64,000 bases of DNA from Trichinella spiralis (taxonomy: Eukaryota). Under the pieces are notes generated by a model, which saw only the letters and a list, made by a program, of their open reading frames with translations, was not told the origin of the DNA and searched no databases. Positions 11,245-26,010 of the stretch are shown here, one piece after another; the stretch's first letter is position 1; the number at the start of each line of letters is the position of its first letter. The stretch covers positions 1,364,796 to 1,428,795 of the forward strand of contig NW_003526945.1 of the NCBI RefSeq assembly GCF_000181795.1, read 5' to 3'. A program made the translations under genes and the position numbers.

Positions 11245-14200
11245 GTAAAGCAACAACAACAACACCAACACCAACAAGTAATGGCAGCAGTTCCTCTTTT
11301 ATTTAGCCAAGTTGAAATATATCAATATCTTGTTTATGGTATCACTCAAGTTTGAATTAATTTTTGTGCATCCAGTTGGATTTATGGTGCTATCTCAAAA
11401 AGCAGATGCTCACAATCCTTTATTAAGATTGATCCACTTACTGACAGACGTTTCTCCAATGAACCTGCAGTTTTGGCAAAAACGAATCTGCATCATATAA
11501 AATTTAATTATTGCGATTATTGGCAAGAAATGTCGTATCGATCCGGCAAAATGACGCTGGCCAACCTAATCAGTACAACCTTTCATCAATGGAAAATGCA
11601 ATTATAATTCAATTCATCACCGACGAAGTTCATCTTTGTAACGCTCTTTCTAGCTTTGCAAAATATTCGCATAAAAAATGCTCTGTTCTAATAAAATTTA
11701 TGCAAAAGATTAAAGCTGTGTATAAAATTATAATATGTTCCATTGTTTACTTAATTATAACTTTAACGCGGCCCATAATCTGTAGGCTTAATTGAATCAA
11801 AGAAAACAACAAAGCTGAATTTTCAAATTCAACGCACACTAACAGCTATTTTGAAGTCAGTCTATTTAATAAAAGCTTCCTCTTTTAAACAATAAAACTA
11901 AAATTATGCCCATTATTTTCTCTTTTAAACATATAATTTATAAAAGCTTTAAAAAGCATAATAATACAATACAGGAAACAGTTAATTTATCATTGAACAA
12001 AATATTACTTTTAAACGTAGATATTTTAATAAATTTAGGATTTCATGCAAGATTTAATAAATACTCACAAACTGCCCATTAACATTCAGCATTATTACTA
12101 AACGACCGTTTATTAATTCAATATAAACAATAAGTAATTCCTTTATTAGATAAAAGGACATATTTCATAATTATATACATATATATATATATATATATAA
12201 TAGTTTACTGATTTATCAGGAAGTGAAATGTTAGGTAAAGCAACTGCTAAGACAGAACGTTTTTGAAACTATGCTCAAACTCCTTGCTAATTCAACAATA
12301 TCTAGCCTATTTATTTAAGAATTAATTTAAGATAAAATGAAAAAAACACAAAAGAAAAAACATTCAATGTTAAATATAAGATATTCAGCAGCAATGCTTT
12401 TTTGAAGTGTAACAATAAGTGTAATAAAGTGATTCTAAAAGCATATACTAACATTTAGCCACATTCGAAAAGCACTTTGATATGCTACTTTACGCATTTA
12501 TAACAATGAGCACAATTCATAAAAATTACAGAAACAAAACTAAAAAATACCAAGGAAAAAAATTTAATGTACAAAAGAAAAAAGTGCTACAACTGTAGCA
12601 GATTTTACTTCTGCTTTATTTCCAAAGTAAAATCAATAATCACAGAGTGTACTATTTAAAAAAAAATTTGAATTCAGTTCAAAAATCTATAATACACACT
12701 AATTATGATAACTTCTACTAAGATTCTAATTCTGTACAATAATTCTGCCCCCCAATATCCTACACTTGCTTACACGAACAATTTGAGAATTTCAGAATAT
12801 GCCCCATCTGTCATTTTATTTTTCATGATGCATAGCAGATGTTCATTCATCAGACAGCTAATTGTTCACATAATTACTGTTACTTTATTAAATGGATCTA
12901 TTCTGCTATGCTGCAAAAAAATATAAGCTACATATAAATATAAAAACAGCATAGTTGCAAATTTACTGTCACTTTTATTAGAAAATGCTAAAAATAATTT
13001 AACATCAAAACAAAAAACTTCTTTGCATATACTGAAAATTATTAATTTTCCTGTTCGCTTTAACTTTTAGTCATTTTACAGCATCATAAATTAAACGGAT
13101 AAAGGTCGTAAAATGAATATAGATTTTCTAGACAGGACTAATATACATTATGAGTAGCAAGCTTTCTAATAAAAGCATAAAAACATAATCCTTACTATTT
13201 AAGTGTAGAAATTTAATTGCAGTCATTTTCCAAAAAGAGGTATTATCTGTGAAACAAGTCTGATACAAATTATGATTACAAAAATTTGGTCTAATCATAA
13301 TATAATGACTGGCATTTGAAGAATGATTTGGAAAATTATTTACATTATTTTTTTACATGGATTACATATATATATATATTGGCATTAAATTATGATGCAT
13401 ATGAAGCACAGAAATACAAATATCCGGTAAAGAATTCCGAAAGGAAAATTGAAGATTACTCGGAAAATATTTTAATTAAACTTACCACCAAGCTTTCTTT
13501 GTTAAGCTTCAGTTAAACTATGGAAGAGCGGTGGCAGATCAATTCCAAACGCTCACAAGCGTGTATTCGGCACTGAATAAAAGCAAGCTTTTCTCAGATA
13601 GCTACTCGCTTATGCAAGTAATAATTGAAAAGAAAGCGTCATTGCTCCTTCTTGTAAGTTGAAGCAATAAGTTTGCATGGACTGATCAAGCGACGACCGC
13701 TATCTTAAGAAATTATCATCCATGCATCGGGGAGACAATTAAAGTACTGACAAATCAGCAAGTCAATAGCAGTTCAAAGCCTGCTGAGCTTATATATATT
13801 TAGATAGATAGATAGATATATTACCCAACTAAGCCTAGATATACTGAGAGATACTGATTAGTAATTTGCTTCTCTTTTACGTTATAACGTAAAAGCTGAC
13901 CAGTTAGTTACTTTGACAATATTTTTAAAATGTAAAAAGCCAAAATTATTGTTAAGCCTCTAAGGGTGTTCCAGTCGATTAAAAACTGACAAAGTTCAAT
14001 TAAGCAATTAGAATGTATTTTACTCACTGTGACACGTCTTTAAGGGCGGAAATGGACCGCAATGACCATCAGCGGATGATTCGGACTAACGAATGAATGA
14101 CGCCAACAAATCAAATCAATAAATAAGCGGAATATAATCGAACCCAGACGCGTTTCGTTTATAAATGTTTTAAGCATTTCAACTGGCATTCTGCAGTCAC

Positions 14201-17124
14201 ATGATGGAATAAATATTCCTTAACCATCTAATCGGCGCAGTTGGCCAACCACTGCCTACTTTAGATTCTTTTTAACGCTCAGCGATGTCGGCCAGTTAAT
14301 CAACAACTTTCCACATGATCACAAGCAGCGCTGTTTTCTATATCAAACGAATGCCATGCTTTGACGAAGAACGACACTGGTTTAAAATATGAGAAGTTCT
14401 CAGCTGAGACAGCCGCATCAAATTTTGCTCATCATTGAAAACCACTTCAACGTTTTCAGTAGGCATTGCTTCTTCTTTGGAAAAGCTTAATGCTCACATT
14501 GAAAAAATATGATGATGGATGCTACATATTCATTTTTCTTAGAAGCAATGGAAAATGACGCTTCTGAGAATCTGAAAAGAGACCACTGTTCATCATGATC
14601 AATGAATTTTGCTTGCAAGCAAACAGCAGACTTGTTTTCTAGCAGCATTTACGCCTTTATATAGGTGCATAAATAAATAATTTGATCTCTCTCTTTCTCT
14701 CTCTCTCTCTCTCCCACTATGTATTTACTTCAACCTATAACTATGCTAATTTTTAGAATTTTGCATTTATGATTAAACTGTTAAGTTTAGCACTGAAAGC
14801 TTCACGTAGAAAGTAAACAAACATGCCTTTAAAAGGAATTACATCCCCACAAAGTAATAATTTTTATTTAAAAAAAAGTTTGGTTTTATTTAACAAAAAG
14901 ACACATACATACATATAACATGAGTATGCTTGTGCGTAATATATATATGTGTAAAGTAAGCTAATTGGAAATATTTTTTCGTGTACTGTTTGAAGAACCT
15001 AAGGGTATTTTTGATATACTGTTATTTGAATGAGCATAATGAATAAAATGTTTTAAATTTTACATTGATGCTTTGATAATTTAATTTTTTACTCAAAAAC
15101 AAACAAAGAAAAAATAATGAACTGATGAAGGTGAATAATATACCTAAAAAAGCAATAAAATACTGATACTTGTGTACTAGCAACACAGGCGCCTGCTGTA
15201 TTCGATTAGTGACAATTAGGTGAGTTGAAATATCTAGGTTGTTAAAATGTCGTATCAAAAATCAATCATTTGTCAAAAAATAAAGAATTCATTAAATTAT
15301 GATTTGTTTGCAAAGAACTTTTCATTTTTGACAATTAGAAGAACACGCTTGTCTATTTGCTGTTTTGCATAAATAAATAAATAAATAAATAAATAAATAT
15401 ATATATATATATATACCAGAACATTTTATCACGGCGGTTCTACTCGAATGAGAAAATTTGAATAATTAGAAAACATAAAAATGAAACTTAAAAATAGATA
15501 CATATTCATTATAAAATAAGGTCTATAATAGGACAGCCAACGTATGCACCATTTCACTATTAATAATAAAAAAGTGGAAAATACATAATAAATATGTTTA
15601 TTTATTTTTATTGAATATTGGAAATCGAAACGACCATCAGCACCATACTTGCTTTTTGTCATCATCGCGTTTGCTACTGCTGATGGAAAACAGTTAGTAA
15701 ACATCTGAGCAAAAGCTATTAAAAACAGTCATTGTTAGTTAACGCAGACAGTGCATGATAATGATAATGATAATTTTCATTGCGATGCATAGCCTTGTGC
15801 ATATAGCAAATTACTTTTTCCTCAAACAAGAAATAAATAAATAACAAATCAACAACCAAATTCTACTGTGCATCTCATTTATTTTACACATCTCACCACA
15901 GATGCAACAATCAAAAAGCAAAGTTTGCTAAAAATACAACAGATTGCATTTTTTCTTTTCAACAATTCCACCAGAAAACCAAAAACGAATCAACAAAGCA
16001 AACCTGGGCGCTAAGTTGCTCTGTTCAACATGGAAACTTCATTTCGTTACCCAGAAGTGAAACATGGATGTCAAAAAAAAGAATACTAATAAATAAACCC
16101 TTCAAAACAGAACAACCAACTGTTTTCTGATCACCCATCATTGGTTATGGAAAAAAATTTCCTCAAACGAATACTGTAGTTAATAGATTCTTGCAGGATA
16201 CTGTTTTATTGGAATTAAAAAAGCAGCTGCGTTTTGCATGAAAATCCCAGATATCGTTACAGAAACAAAAAAAAGAAAAACAAGCAATATCATTCATTGG
16301 TAATGGATAAGTGGAAGTATATAAATGTGAATAATGTTTATATGATCAGAAAAAAGAAAGAAAGAAAGAAAAACAGAAGTATATTCTCTAACCATTTCCC
16401 ATTGTTTTGCAATTCCACCAAATATGGATTCGAGTGGCAAAAGCAAAAGCAAACGCAAAAGAAAAACTTTTTTGAATTAATTACCAATGAACACAGCTTG
16501 CATAGAGAGAACAAATGAACATTTCCCTGACTCATTACGAGGTAGGTGGCAACTTCGCAATATAACTTGTACATGAGCAGCGAAATGCAACGTATGTTCC
16601 AATGATGGATAAAATGCACTAAAAAGTTGATATTAAAAAGAAAAAAAAACAAAATACAACTTTAAACCCGCAGGAAAACACCAAACAGAAATCGGACCTG
16701 GGGTGCTGTCGTCCACAATATATGAAGAATTAAAAAGAAAAAAAAAGAAAAGACAGTTTCAGAAAATTCAAAACCAAACCAAAAAAAGGTCTGTGATGAA
16801 AACTGAGGTAGAAAAACTGACAATAAAAAATGAAATTAAAGAATGCAGCATAAATGAAAAACGTAAAAACAAGCTGCACACCGGAATTAATACGTCGTTA
16901 AAAGAGTTGAGAAGGGGATAAACACGCACAAAAGAAAGCACAAACAAATGCTGTCCAAAATATGGTGAAATAAATACAAGCTGAGGTATACTTTTAAAAA
17001 GCTATGGGGGAAAATTTTAAAAACCGAATGACAGATTTCACATCATTTCATAAAACAATTCGGCACGTGCGTATGTTTGCTTGTGTGTGTTGGTTACAAA
17101 AAAAATCAGTGGTCGGGAAAATAT

Positions 17125-20100
17125 TCAACAGTTGCATTGTAACACTGGAAAAGTGTCCGCTCGTTCAGCGATGCCTTGGGTTGGATCATCATTATCTCCA
17201 TCATCCACATCATTGTCCAAGTGATCTTCATTCAAATTTGCATGATTTTTCGTTACTGCTTCAACAGCACTGCAACAATTTGCAAAAATGTCATCGTTGC
17301 TGATGCTTTCTGACATCTGCAATGTTCTGCTTTCTTTCTGTGCTGACAGTTTGCATTTGGAATATTCTGCGTCTTCAAAATCAACTCCGGAATCAGTTAA
17401 ATTTGGCATCGATGAATATTGAATACTGTCACTGTGCTGTTTGCTATCGTATGTGGAGCTCGTTGGTGTTGCTGCAGAATTGTACGAATCATTACCGCTC
17501 AGTGTATCCACCCGTTTGAAATTTGCCACCATTCGCTGATGATGATGATGATGATGATGATCAACAATAACATGATGCGTCACCTCCTGAAATAAAATTT
17601 ACATTGAAAAAGAAAATCATGCGCGAAATCTAAAAGTACTACTGCAACCAGCACCTGCTCCTCTTGCTCAACTGACAAATCTTTCTGAGCGTCGAATCCA
17701 CTGTACTTGGAAATGCCGTCATTCGACTTCAACGACACGAATGGAATTGCAGGCTGAATATATTGATTGATTATTGAAATGAAAAAACTATTGCAAAACG
17801 AAACAAATCCAAAATCAGCTGCTCACTTTCAAATCAAAGTCGTAACCTTCCGACATATATGGCAACAGTGTCTGCATTTCCAGACCATCGCACGACCGAG
17901 CTACTGAAGATGCGCCTTGAAAATGTTTTCGAATCAAACTGTTCTGACGAGAGCCAATCTCATTAGAATTGTTGTGACAGATGCGAAAGTTTCTTCTATA
18001 TTACGTTGAAATTACACTGTGAAGCAAACATCTGATGAAAATCACCTACTTCGAACGATAGACCATCACCGTTATGCAAACAAGAATGCAAAGCACCGCA
18101 ATGCAGACGCCAATCAGTATGCCTTCACTGTAGGAGATGCGTTCAAAAATGACCACTTTTGGTGCAATAGCATTTGTAGTTGACGGTGGTCGCAAAACAG
18201 CTGGAACACACTTCGACTCTTGGCTTCGTCCAAAAGCGTTCACAGCCGAAGCGGTAAAAAAGTATACAGCTGATGCGGATAAATTAGAAACTGTAACACA
18301 AGTCGCTTCACCTAAAAACAACAAACAACAATCACAATCCAGAAATTTCACATTACACGTGTGGAATAGATAAATCAAAAGAAAAAAAGCTCTTGTACAT
18401 ACACTGTGTTTGGAATTAATTCTTTCGTCATTTCACTTTTTTCCTTCACACTGGGATTTCAAATGATTACAACAATTGCGCAAAAAATTGCAAATTTAAA
18501 TGCAAATTCCGCAAATTGATCATCGTGTGATTGTTATTATATTTATAGAATTGAATAAATGCTCGTGTTTGTGTTTCAATTATCTACTACCTCCTTCATT
18601 ATCTTATTATCTTTGGTCTATGTCCGCAGTGCAACAATGATTAATTATTATTCAAAAAGAAAATGTTCTCAAATTTTTTTTGATATTTTGATATTATTCT
18701 ACTGACCGTCAACGGTGATCTCTTTTCTATCCGGTGAAGTACTCGGATTCGAGTCTTCAGCGTAGCTTATGTAGTACATGAGAATTTTTTCCTTGCTAGA
18801 TGAAATCGCCGGAGGCCGCCAACGAAGAATCACTGATGTACTGTTCAAGTATTCAATAGTCAACGCTACCGGCTCTCGAGGTGCTGAAATACAATTAAAA
18901 AAACATTATTATCAGAAATGTATCGCATGAAAAGTTAAATTATTCCGCAATAGTATGTGCACGTACGACTTCCAGGCATGATGCAGACGATGTCATCGCT
19001 GTACCAGCTGGTGATGCCATTCTGTGCTTCAGCGCGAACAGCAAACATGAAAGGCTTGCCTTTTGCCAAATCAGTAAAAATCATCTCGTTGGTTTCGCTG
19101 AAAGTGGATCTGCTCTAAGTTATTGTTCAAATCAGAAATGTCGCGTTGCTTACGTTTCTCGATGATGGACATGCGCTGCTGAAATGTTCAAAATTTCATC
19201 ATCGCTTAGCACACGACTGTAGCGCACTCTGTAGGTAGAAACTTTGGCCAACGATGGCTTCCACGTCAATCTTATTCCACCCAGTGGATTTTTGTCCTTA
19301 CATTGAATATTGGTAGGTGGTGGGATAATTGAATGATGCGCACTGAACTCTTCAACGTTGCTCTGTTCAACGGTACGAATCAAACGCACTATTGACAATC
19401 CAAAGTCTCCCTTTTTGTCCATTGCAGAACAAGTCACTTCATATAATGAATTGCTATCTGAATAGAAAAAAATCACTCATTTTACACAATATCCAATACA
19501 CAATAAATAAATAATGCACATGTTTTTTGTTTACCAAGATTGCCGATTGTGACAACATTTTGCTTAATTGGCACTACTGTGGCAAACAGGATAGCGTGAT
19601 TATCCGGTCGAGCAAGGACAATTTTCCATTTGCTACCAATGGCGGAGAAGTCTTCAACAACATGAACCTCTATGGCAGAGTGATTCACGGAAATTACTTC
19701 AAAGTTCGGAGCTGACATTGAATCTTCAGCTAGTTGTTTTGCTCGATAGCGAAGCCAAGGAAAACCAATTTTCTGATTTGTTGGATAGCCAGCTCTAGTT
19801 CTCGGTACAACTTGGAACGCATAAACACCATCAGCCGTTAAATCTGAATCAAAAAATCATACGGCATTGTATATATATATATATATATACTATTATTGTA
19901 ACATCAGTTCACATCCACATAAATAACAATAAGCTAACCAACCTTTAACTGTAAATTCTTCAATAAAAGCTGGCACAACTGTAATACTTGGTTCTGATTT
20001 TTCAGACAAAAGTCGATATTGAATTCGATATTCAGTGACAACTCCACGAAGAAACCGTGAATCAGGTGGATTCCATTTCAAGAATACCGTCAACCCGTCG

Positions 20101-22503
20101 TTCACTCCGACAACTGTAAGCAGTGCTGGCATTACAGCAGCTAAAAAGTTAAATTAAAATCTTATAATTGTGATTTTGCAAGTTTGACTTGTTCTATCCG
20201 ATCTTACTTCCATCCCAAACAGGAATAACAATTTCATTGGACGGACGCGTAAAAGAGCTACCCCGTTGATCGTTCTGCACCAAAGCTGATACCCAGAATG
20301 TGTAATTGGTGAACAGTTCAAACTCTGCATGTGCACAACAAATTGCTCGACAAGTGCCATATCGACAAGAATCTACTGGTGTGACGGGATAGGTATTTTC
20401 TGCACCACTTTCAGTCGGATGATAATGGATAATGTAAGCTATCAAATCACCATTCAGTGTCTGCGGTTCATCCCACGTAAGGATAATTTGATTTTCAATT
20501 TGTGACACTTCTGACATTAAATTTTTTGGCCCATCATCATGAACTACAAACGATAAAAGAAAAAGAATCATACGCATGCACACACACACGCAATAATTCA
20601 ATATGGAGCTAGTAAAGTAAGAATATGTAGAATTACTAATGTTGTTAGAGTCTGGAATAAGTGCGGCAGCAACGCTGACCGTTCCGTATGCATTCTCTGC
20701 AAAGCACTGATAAATGCCACCATCTTCTTCTGGTCGAAATGACGAAACCACCAAGTCTCTCTTGTAAACAAACATATTTTGATTTTTAGATATTTTTTCC
20801 GGTGGATGGGATTCAGTCGGAAACAACTAAAAAATGCCAACAGAAAACATATTATATTAAAATGCTTAATTGATTAAAAAAAAATCTTTTCCCAAATGAT
20901 TGCTCATACCTTGCGTCGGCCCTTAGACAACACCCTTTCGCCATCTTTGTACCAATAAATATCAGGTGTTGGTGTACCAGCTACATTGCAAACAAATCTC
21001 ACTGTTTCTCCACGGAAACCTCGTACTTCAACCGGAGGATCGACAATCTGTGGAGCCTCTGCAATAAGTTTGCATGCATATTTTATTAGCTTACATTTAA
21101 CAAAAAATTTCAAACAATTCCATCATCAAAATATTTTACAAAAACAACTCAAATTTTGAAAAAGCACTATTGTTATCAGTTTGTACAATAAAAATAAAAT
21201 AGAACAACATGTACTTGCTAATAATAAAAAGCGTTTAACAAAAATAAAAACAGTAAACTTTACTTGTCACTTTCAAATAAACACGATAAACTTTGAATCT
21301 GTTTCCATCCACTTCTACAATGCATCTGTAAAAACCTTCATCATCTTCATCGACATGTTGAATTACAAGGCTACTAACAGCTTTGAATGCTCGAGATGAA
21401 AAAGATACTTTTTCTAAAAAAAATAAATAAAAACGTACATATATAAATGAGATAAACACACACACACACACACACACATATATATTACCCCTTTTCCAGA
21501 GCACAGAAACGGGTTTAGTGCTGTAATAGTAAAAATCAAAAACGGCAGGCTTGCCGAGCTGAACGGACAAATTTTGTGGTGCTTTGAAAATTCTTATATG
21601 CTCCAAAGAGTCCAAAGTAAAATTTCCTAAAAAAGCATAAAATAAAGTAAAATAAAATAAATATAAAAAAGTTTATACCAGAAATGGTTAGAACAGCTTT
21701 TCGGCTGGTCGCATTTGCAGCTATGTTTGATGCGAGGCAAAAGTAAGTGCCTTGATCTGCAACACTAGCATTGACAACGTACAAAGTACTACTAATTCCT
21801 GAATTATCAACTCGAATGCTACAAATGTAAAACACATCTATGATAATAATTTAAACTGTGAAATAATAATATTCGCTTTACTGTTTAGAGTTATCGCCAA
21901 TGAGCCGCTGATTGAAATACCAATGCACTGTAGCTGGAGGATAAGAATAGATTGTGCAGGTGAACTCACCAAAGCCACCATTGTCAACAACGATATCGGT
22001 CGGCTGATTTACAAATGGGCCAAATTCTGAACATGAAAGCAAAAATGTGAAGGATATTTGATTAAATAGAATCTCAAATGATTTGAAAACGACGTACTGG
22101 CCAAAGTAAGGTTGGCAGGGCCGCTTCTCAAAATTCCATAATGTCTTGACAATACAATGCACTGGTAAATTCCTTGGTCTTTCTCTGAAACGTTGACAAT
22201 GACAAGTGAAGAATTTTCTTTAACATTCATATCCGGCATCAGGTGGTCATTGTGAAGCCAACGACTTTCTAATTGAAAGCCGACTTCATCCACGGCTATA
22301 CATTGAAAGCGTACAGTTGAACCAGGTGTGGCTACCGTATCTTCTGGTGTATGGAGAAATTGAATTCGATTTTCATAAACTGAAACTTCTGTAAAGAAAA
22401 AAAAATTTCTTTTACAATTATTCATACTTTTTGAAATATTAATCGACAAATGTTATACATCAACTGCACTTGCATTGCAAACAGTTAGTTACAACAACAA
22501 CAA

Positions 22504-22563
<60 letters not shown>

Positions 22564-25129
22564 CTATCTATATGTAATATAAATTTTTCTTTCCTTTTTC
22601 AAACTATACATTAAAATAGATTATTAATTAGTTAAAATGATGATGAACTACTCTTTGATTACATAACATGTTCAAATGAAAAAGCAAACATATCTATAAA
22701 AGAACAATATTGCTTATTGTCATATTGATACAGTATATCTTTGAAATAAACAAATAAAAAAGTACTGACGTGAATGTACAAAGTAACTAAATGAGTTATT
22801 AATTAAATAAAATGCATATACGTTTTATGTCTGGTGAAATGTTTTCTAAATAAAATACTGTACCCCTATTAAATTCTATTCATACAATAAAAATAATAAA
22901 ACTTTAAGAAAATAACACCTACACACAAATAATAATAATAATAATGCACCATTTACTGCCATTTGAGCTACAAGTTGAATAAAGTAAATTGAAACGTCAA
23001 GAGAACACGAAATGATGAAAAGTGGAAAATTTAGTCTTAAATATATGTATAATAAAAGAGAAGAAGAGAAAAATTTTGTTGATTAAACAAGAATAATTTT
23101 CTTAATGATTAAATGACGGTGCTATTTTGATCAAATTTTAAATAAACGTAAATAGGAAAAAAATGTGATATAAGAAGGGTAATTATGAAATGCGGTGAAT
23201 GAATTTAAGGTGGTGAAAAATTGTTGGTCTGTTTGGTTTTTGTGTTTTCGTTGAATTTTCTTCTCCTCTGCTTTGCTCAGCAGTAGATAAAGCTAACAGC
23301 AGCAGCAGCTTATACGAATATGAAGAAATTCTCACCCACTATACAAACAAACAAGCAAGCAAACAGATAGACAGACAGTCAGACAGACAGACAAACAGAT
23401 AAGATAGACATAAATGTTCCCGCTAATTGGAAATCATTGCAAACACAGCAAGCACATTTTGATACTTGCAACCGAATTCTTTGGAAAATTACAATGCTCA
23501 ACAGTGGCTGTTGGTGAACGAGTGGAGAAAACAAAATTAATAAAGTGGAAGCGAAGAAGGGGGTTAAAGTGAATATTTGCAAACTTTGCACAACTGTTGC
23601 ACCAACAGAACAGAATAAAGCTGCAAAGTGGAAAGTGGAATAATAATAATAATAATAATTTGCTCCTTCGTTCGTGTAATATTGCCGCCCGCATGGGCAG
23701 AGAAGAAGAAGAAGAAGAAGACACACATTTTCCATTTGTTTGTTCTTTTTATTGCTTTATGCGAAACAGCACCGTCGTAAAGTTGTCCACATCGAAAATG
23801 TTCGCTTTGAAATTACAATATAAAATTATCATTCACTACCATTCGCCGCCTAATCAGCGAGCCAAGCAGTGGGCGAGATTGTCTGGGGAAATTCTATGCT
23901 CGCGAATGATAACATAAATAAAGCGGTGAATTGTGCAAATTGTCGATCCATTTTCGAAATAATAAAAATTTTTCCATTTTACAACTTTGCCCTGAAGAAT
24001 TGAAAACAAAGAACCGCCGACCGGCTTTGCAAAAACTGCTCGCTCGCTCGCTCGCTCACTTGCTTGCTCGATCGCTAATCACCATGTGCAAGCAACAAAA
24101 ATACACTCCCTGCATTGCACAATTTTACAAACAAATCCAAGCAAACAAACAAACATTAATTACCAAAGGACAATTTTTTATATAATAATTGTAATTCATT
24201 GTTTCTTTAAAAAAATTAAATATTTTTACAATGATGATGGATTTCCTTTCAATCCAAAGAGAAACAATTCCAGCAAGTATAAAATACTTTCCTTTGTTGG
24301 AAATTGTCGATGATGAAACATATTAATTTTCACAGTCTATTAAAAGTGGTTGGCATTTATTTATTTGGTATATTGTTGAAAGGGAAAAGAAACTTTCATT
24401 TTCTTCCGGTTGATTCTATCAAATGTGGCAGTGGTTAGTTATTTAAGAAATTTATCGCTTCTTAGATCAATGAAATTGAAGAAAAAAAATGCAACACAGC
24501 AATAGTAGAAAAAAAAAAGATAAAACACTAACTACTGCATGTGGGTAAAAAGAAGGAAGAAAATATTGCTGTAGAGAGGAGATGAATAAACTGAGCTTTA
24601 AAGTGAACAATGAAGCAACAGTGTATTGTAAATGGAGGGGTTTAAAAATGAAAACGACGAGAATAAGAGGAAGAGGGGAAGAGGAGAGGAGGAGACGGGA
24701 GGGGAAGGGAGGGAGGGGGAGAAAGGAAGAGAGGCAGAAAGAGAGGGAGGGAGGCAGAGAAGGAAAGCTCGATCGATACGCGTCGAGGGATGACTAGTGA
24801 CAAGTAGCTGCTGCTAGCTAACGAGAAGCTGAAGAATGTTGTTAGGATAAATAAGAATCATTTACGCAGTAATAACATAATGGATGAATGAAAAGCTTGC
24901 AGAAAAAAAAATTCACATATACATTAATGTTAATAAATTAAACAAAAGAAAATTCTTTTTTACCTACTATCAAAAAAAGAAGGATAAGAGTACTTTTCTG
25001 AAACAAAAATAGAAACTTACTTGTAGGTGGTAGTAAATAAGAGAAAACAGTTTCAGCGTTGGTTAGTGGAATAATAGAGTGCTGTAGGATGGGTGTTAAT
25101 AATACAAGCGCTCCGAGCATTGTAGGCAT
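17125..25129 (-). CDS. Ig-superfamily type I receptor, 4 Ig + 5 FN3 + TM + ~250-aa tail (protogenin/IGDCC-like, DCC family)
   Basis: Signal exon 25021-25129 (MPTMLGALVLLTPILQHSIIPLTNA-ETVF, GTAAGT donor, phase 1) joins the phase-1 acceptor at 22388. Ig motifs DQGIYQC, DQGTYFC, DEGFYRC, DGGIYQC. Five FN3 repeats (ILTWDEP, FLKWNPP, APNFEVISVN, RLTWKP, ILRWRPP). TM GILIGVCIAVLCILVCITVMVY. Stop at 17125. Confidence 0.88.
22505..22562. repeat. (CA)n microsatellite in the first intron of the Ig/FN3 gene
   Basis: Perfect CA run. Confidence 0.95.
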
Positions 25130-26010
25130 CCAAAGATGATAGCAGAGAAATATGACGAAGAAGAAGAAAAAGAAAAAGAATGAGAAGAAATAGTAGTAGA
25201 AGAAGAAGAAGAGCATGACCGGTCGAGCTGTTGCGACTTGTGTCGAGAGCAGAGCGAGAAAGAGAGAAATTTAGAAGTAAAATGTGCTTGAAGCTGACAA
25301 CAGGCCAACTAACTACGCACAGACACACACATGCATACACAGACGTACGCACGCACACGCACACACACACACATACACACGGGGGAGAGAGACAGAAAAA
25401 GAAAGAGGGGAGAGAGGGGGAGAAATACACTTACAAACTTTCTTTTATGCAGAGATATGAAAAAAGTTGAAAGTGAATATGAAAATGAGGGGGAATAAAA
25501 TACAACGAATAAAAGTATGAAGGACTGATCAAGAGAAAGAGAGAGAGAGAGGATGAGAGAAAGATATGAGAGGGGGAGAGAGAGTGAGAGTGAGAGAGCA
25601 CAGCACAGCACAGCAAAGCAGAGCAGAGCAAATGAATGAAAGACGACACAGAGAGGGAGGGAGAGAGAGGCAGGCAGACAGACGGAAAGTGAGCGAGTGA
25701 ATGAGAATAAGAGTGATGCAGAAAGTGAGAGTGAAGCAGAAAGTCAGCTGGATTTGAAGAAATTTTTTCAAAATACAAACGAACGCCGCCCTGTTTGAAT
25801 AAATGGAGATAAGAAAATTAAAGGAAAACGACGACGACACCCCACGGTTGAACGTTGCATAAGCAAACACCAAAACGAAGACGACGACGACAACGACAAC
25901 GACGATAACGATGACGACGATGTCGCGCCGAATCACAAAGTAAAGCAAGCAAGTAGAATGAGCAGAAGTAGAAGAAGAAGAAGAAGAAAAAGAAGAATAG
26001 AATAGAATAT
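24660..26010. repeat. Purine-rich low-complexity region ((GA)n, (GAA)n, (ACG)n, (CA)n, (AGCAC)n) flanking the Ig/FN3 signal exon
   Basis: Strong strand-asymmetric GA-rich tracts. The ORFs called here are low-complexity artefacts, except for the 25021-25129 exon. Confidence 0.85.

Noticed and set aside
14135..14160. GGTTCGAT B-box/T-loop-like motif on the minus strand
   Set aside because: No A-box or cloverleaf stems. I found no tRNA or rRNA gene in the window.
23379..23735. Leu-rich ORFs as a possible signal exon of the Ig/FN3 receptor
   Set aside because: Hydrophobicity comes from (TAT)n/(CTT)n repeats and there is no convincing in-phase donor. 25021-25129 fits much better.
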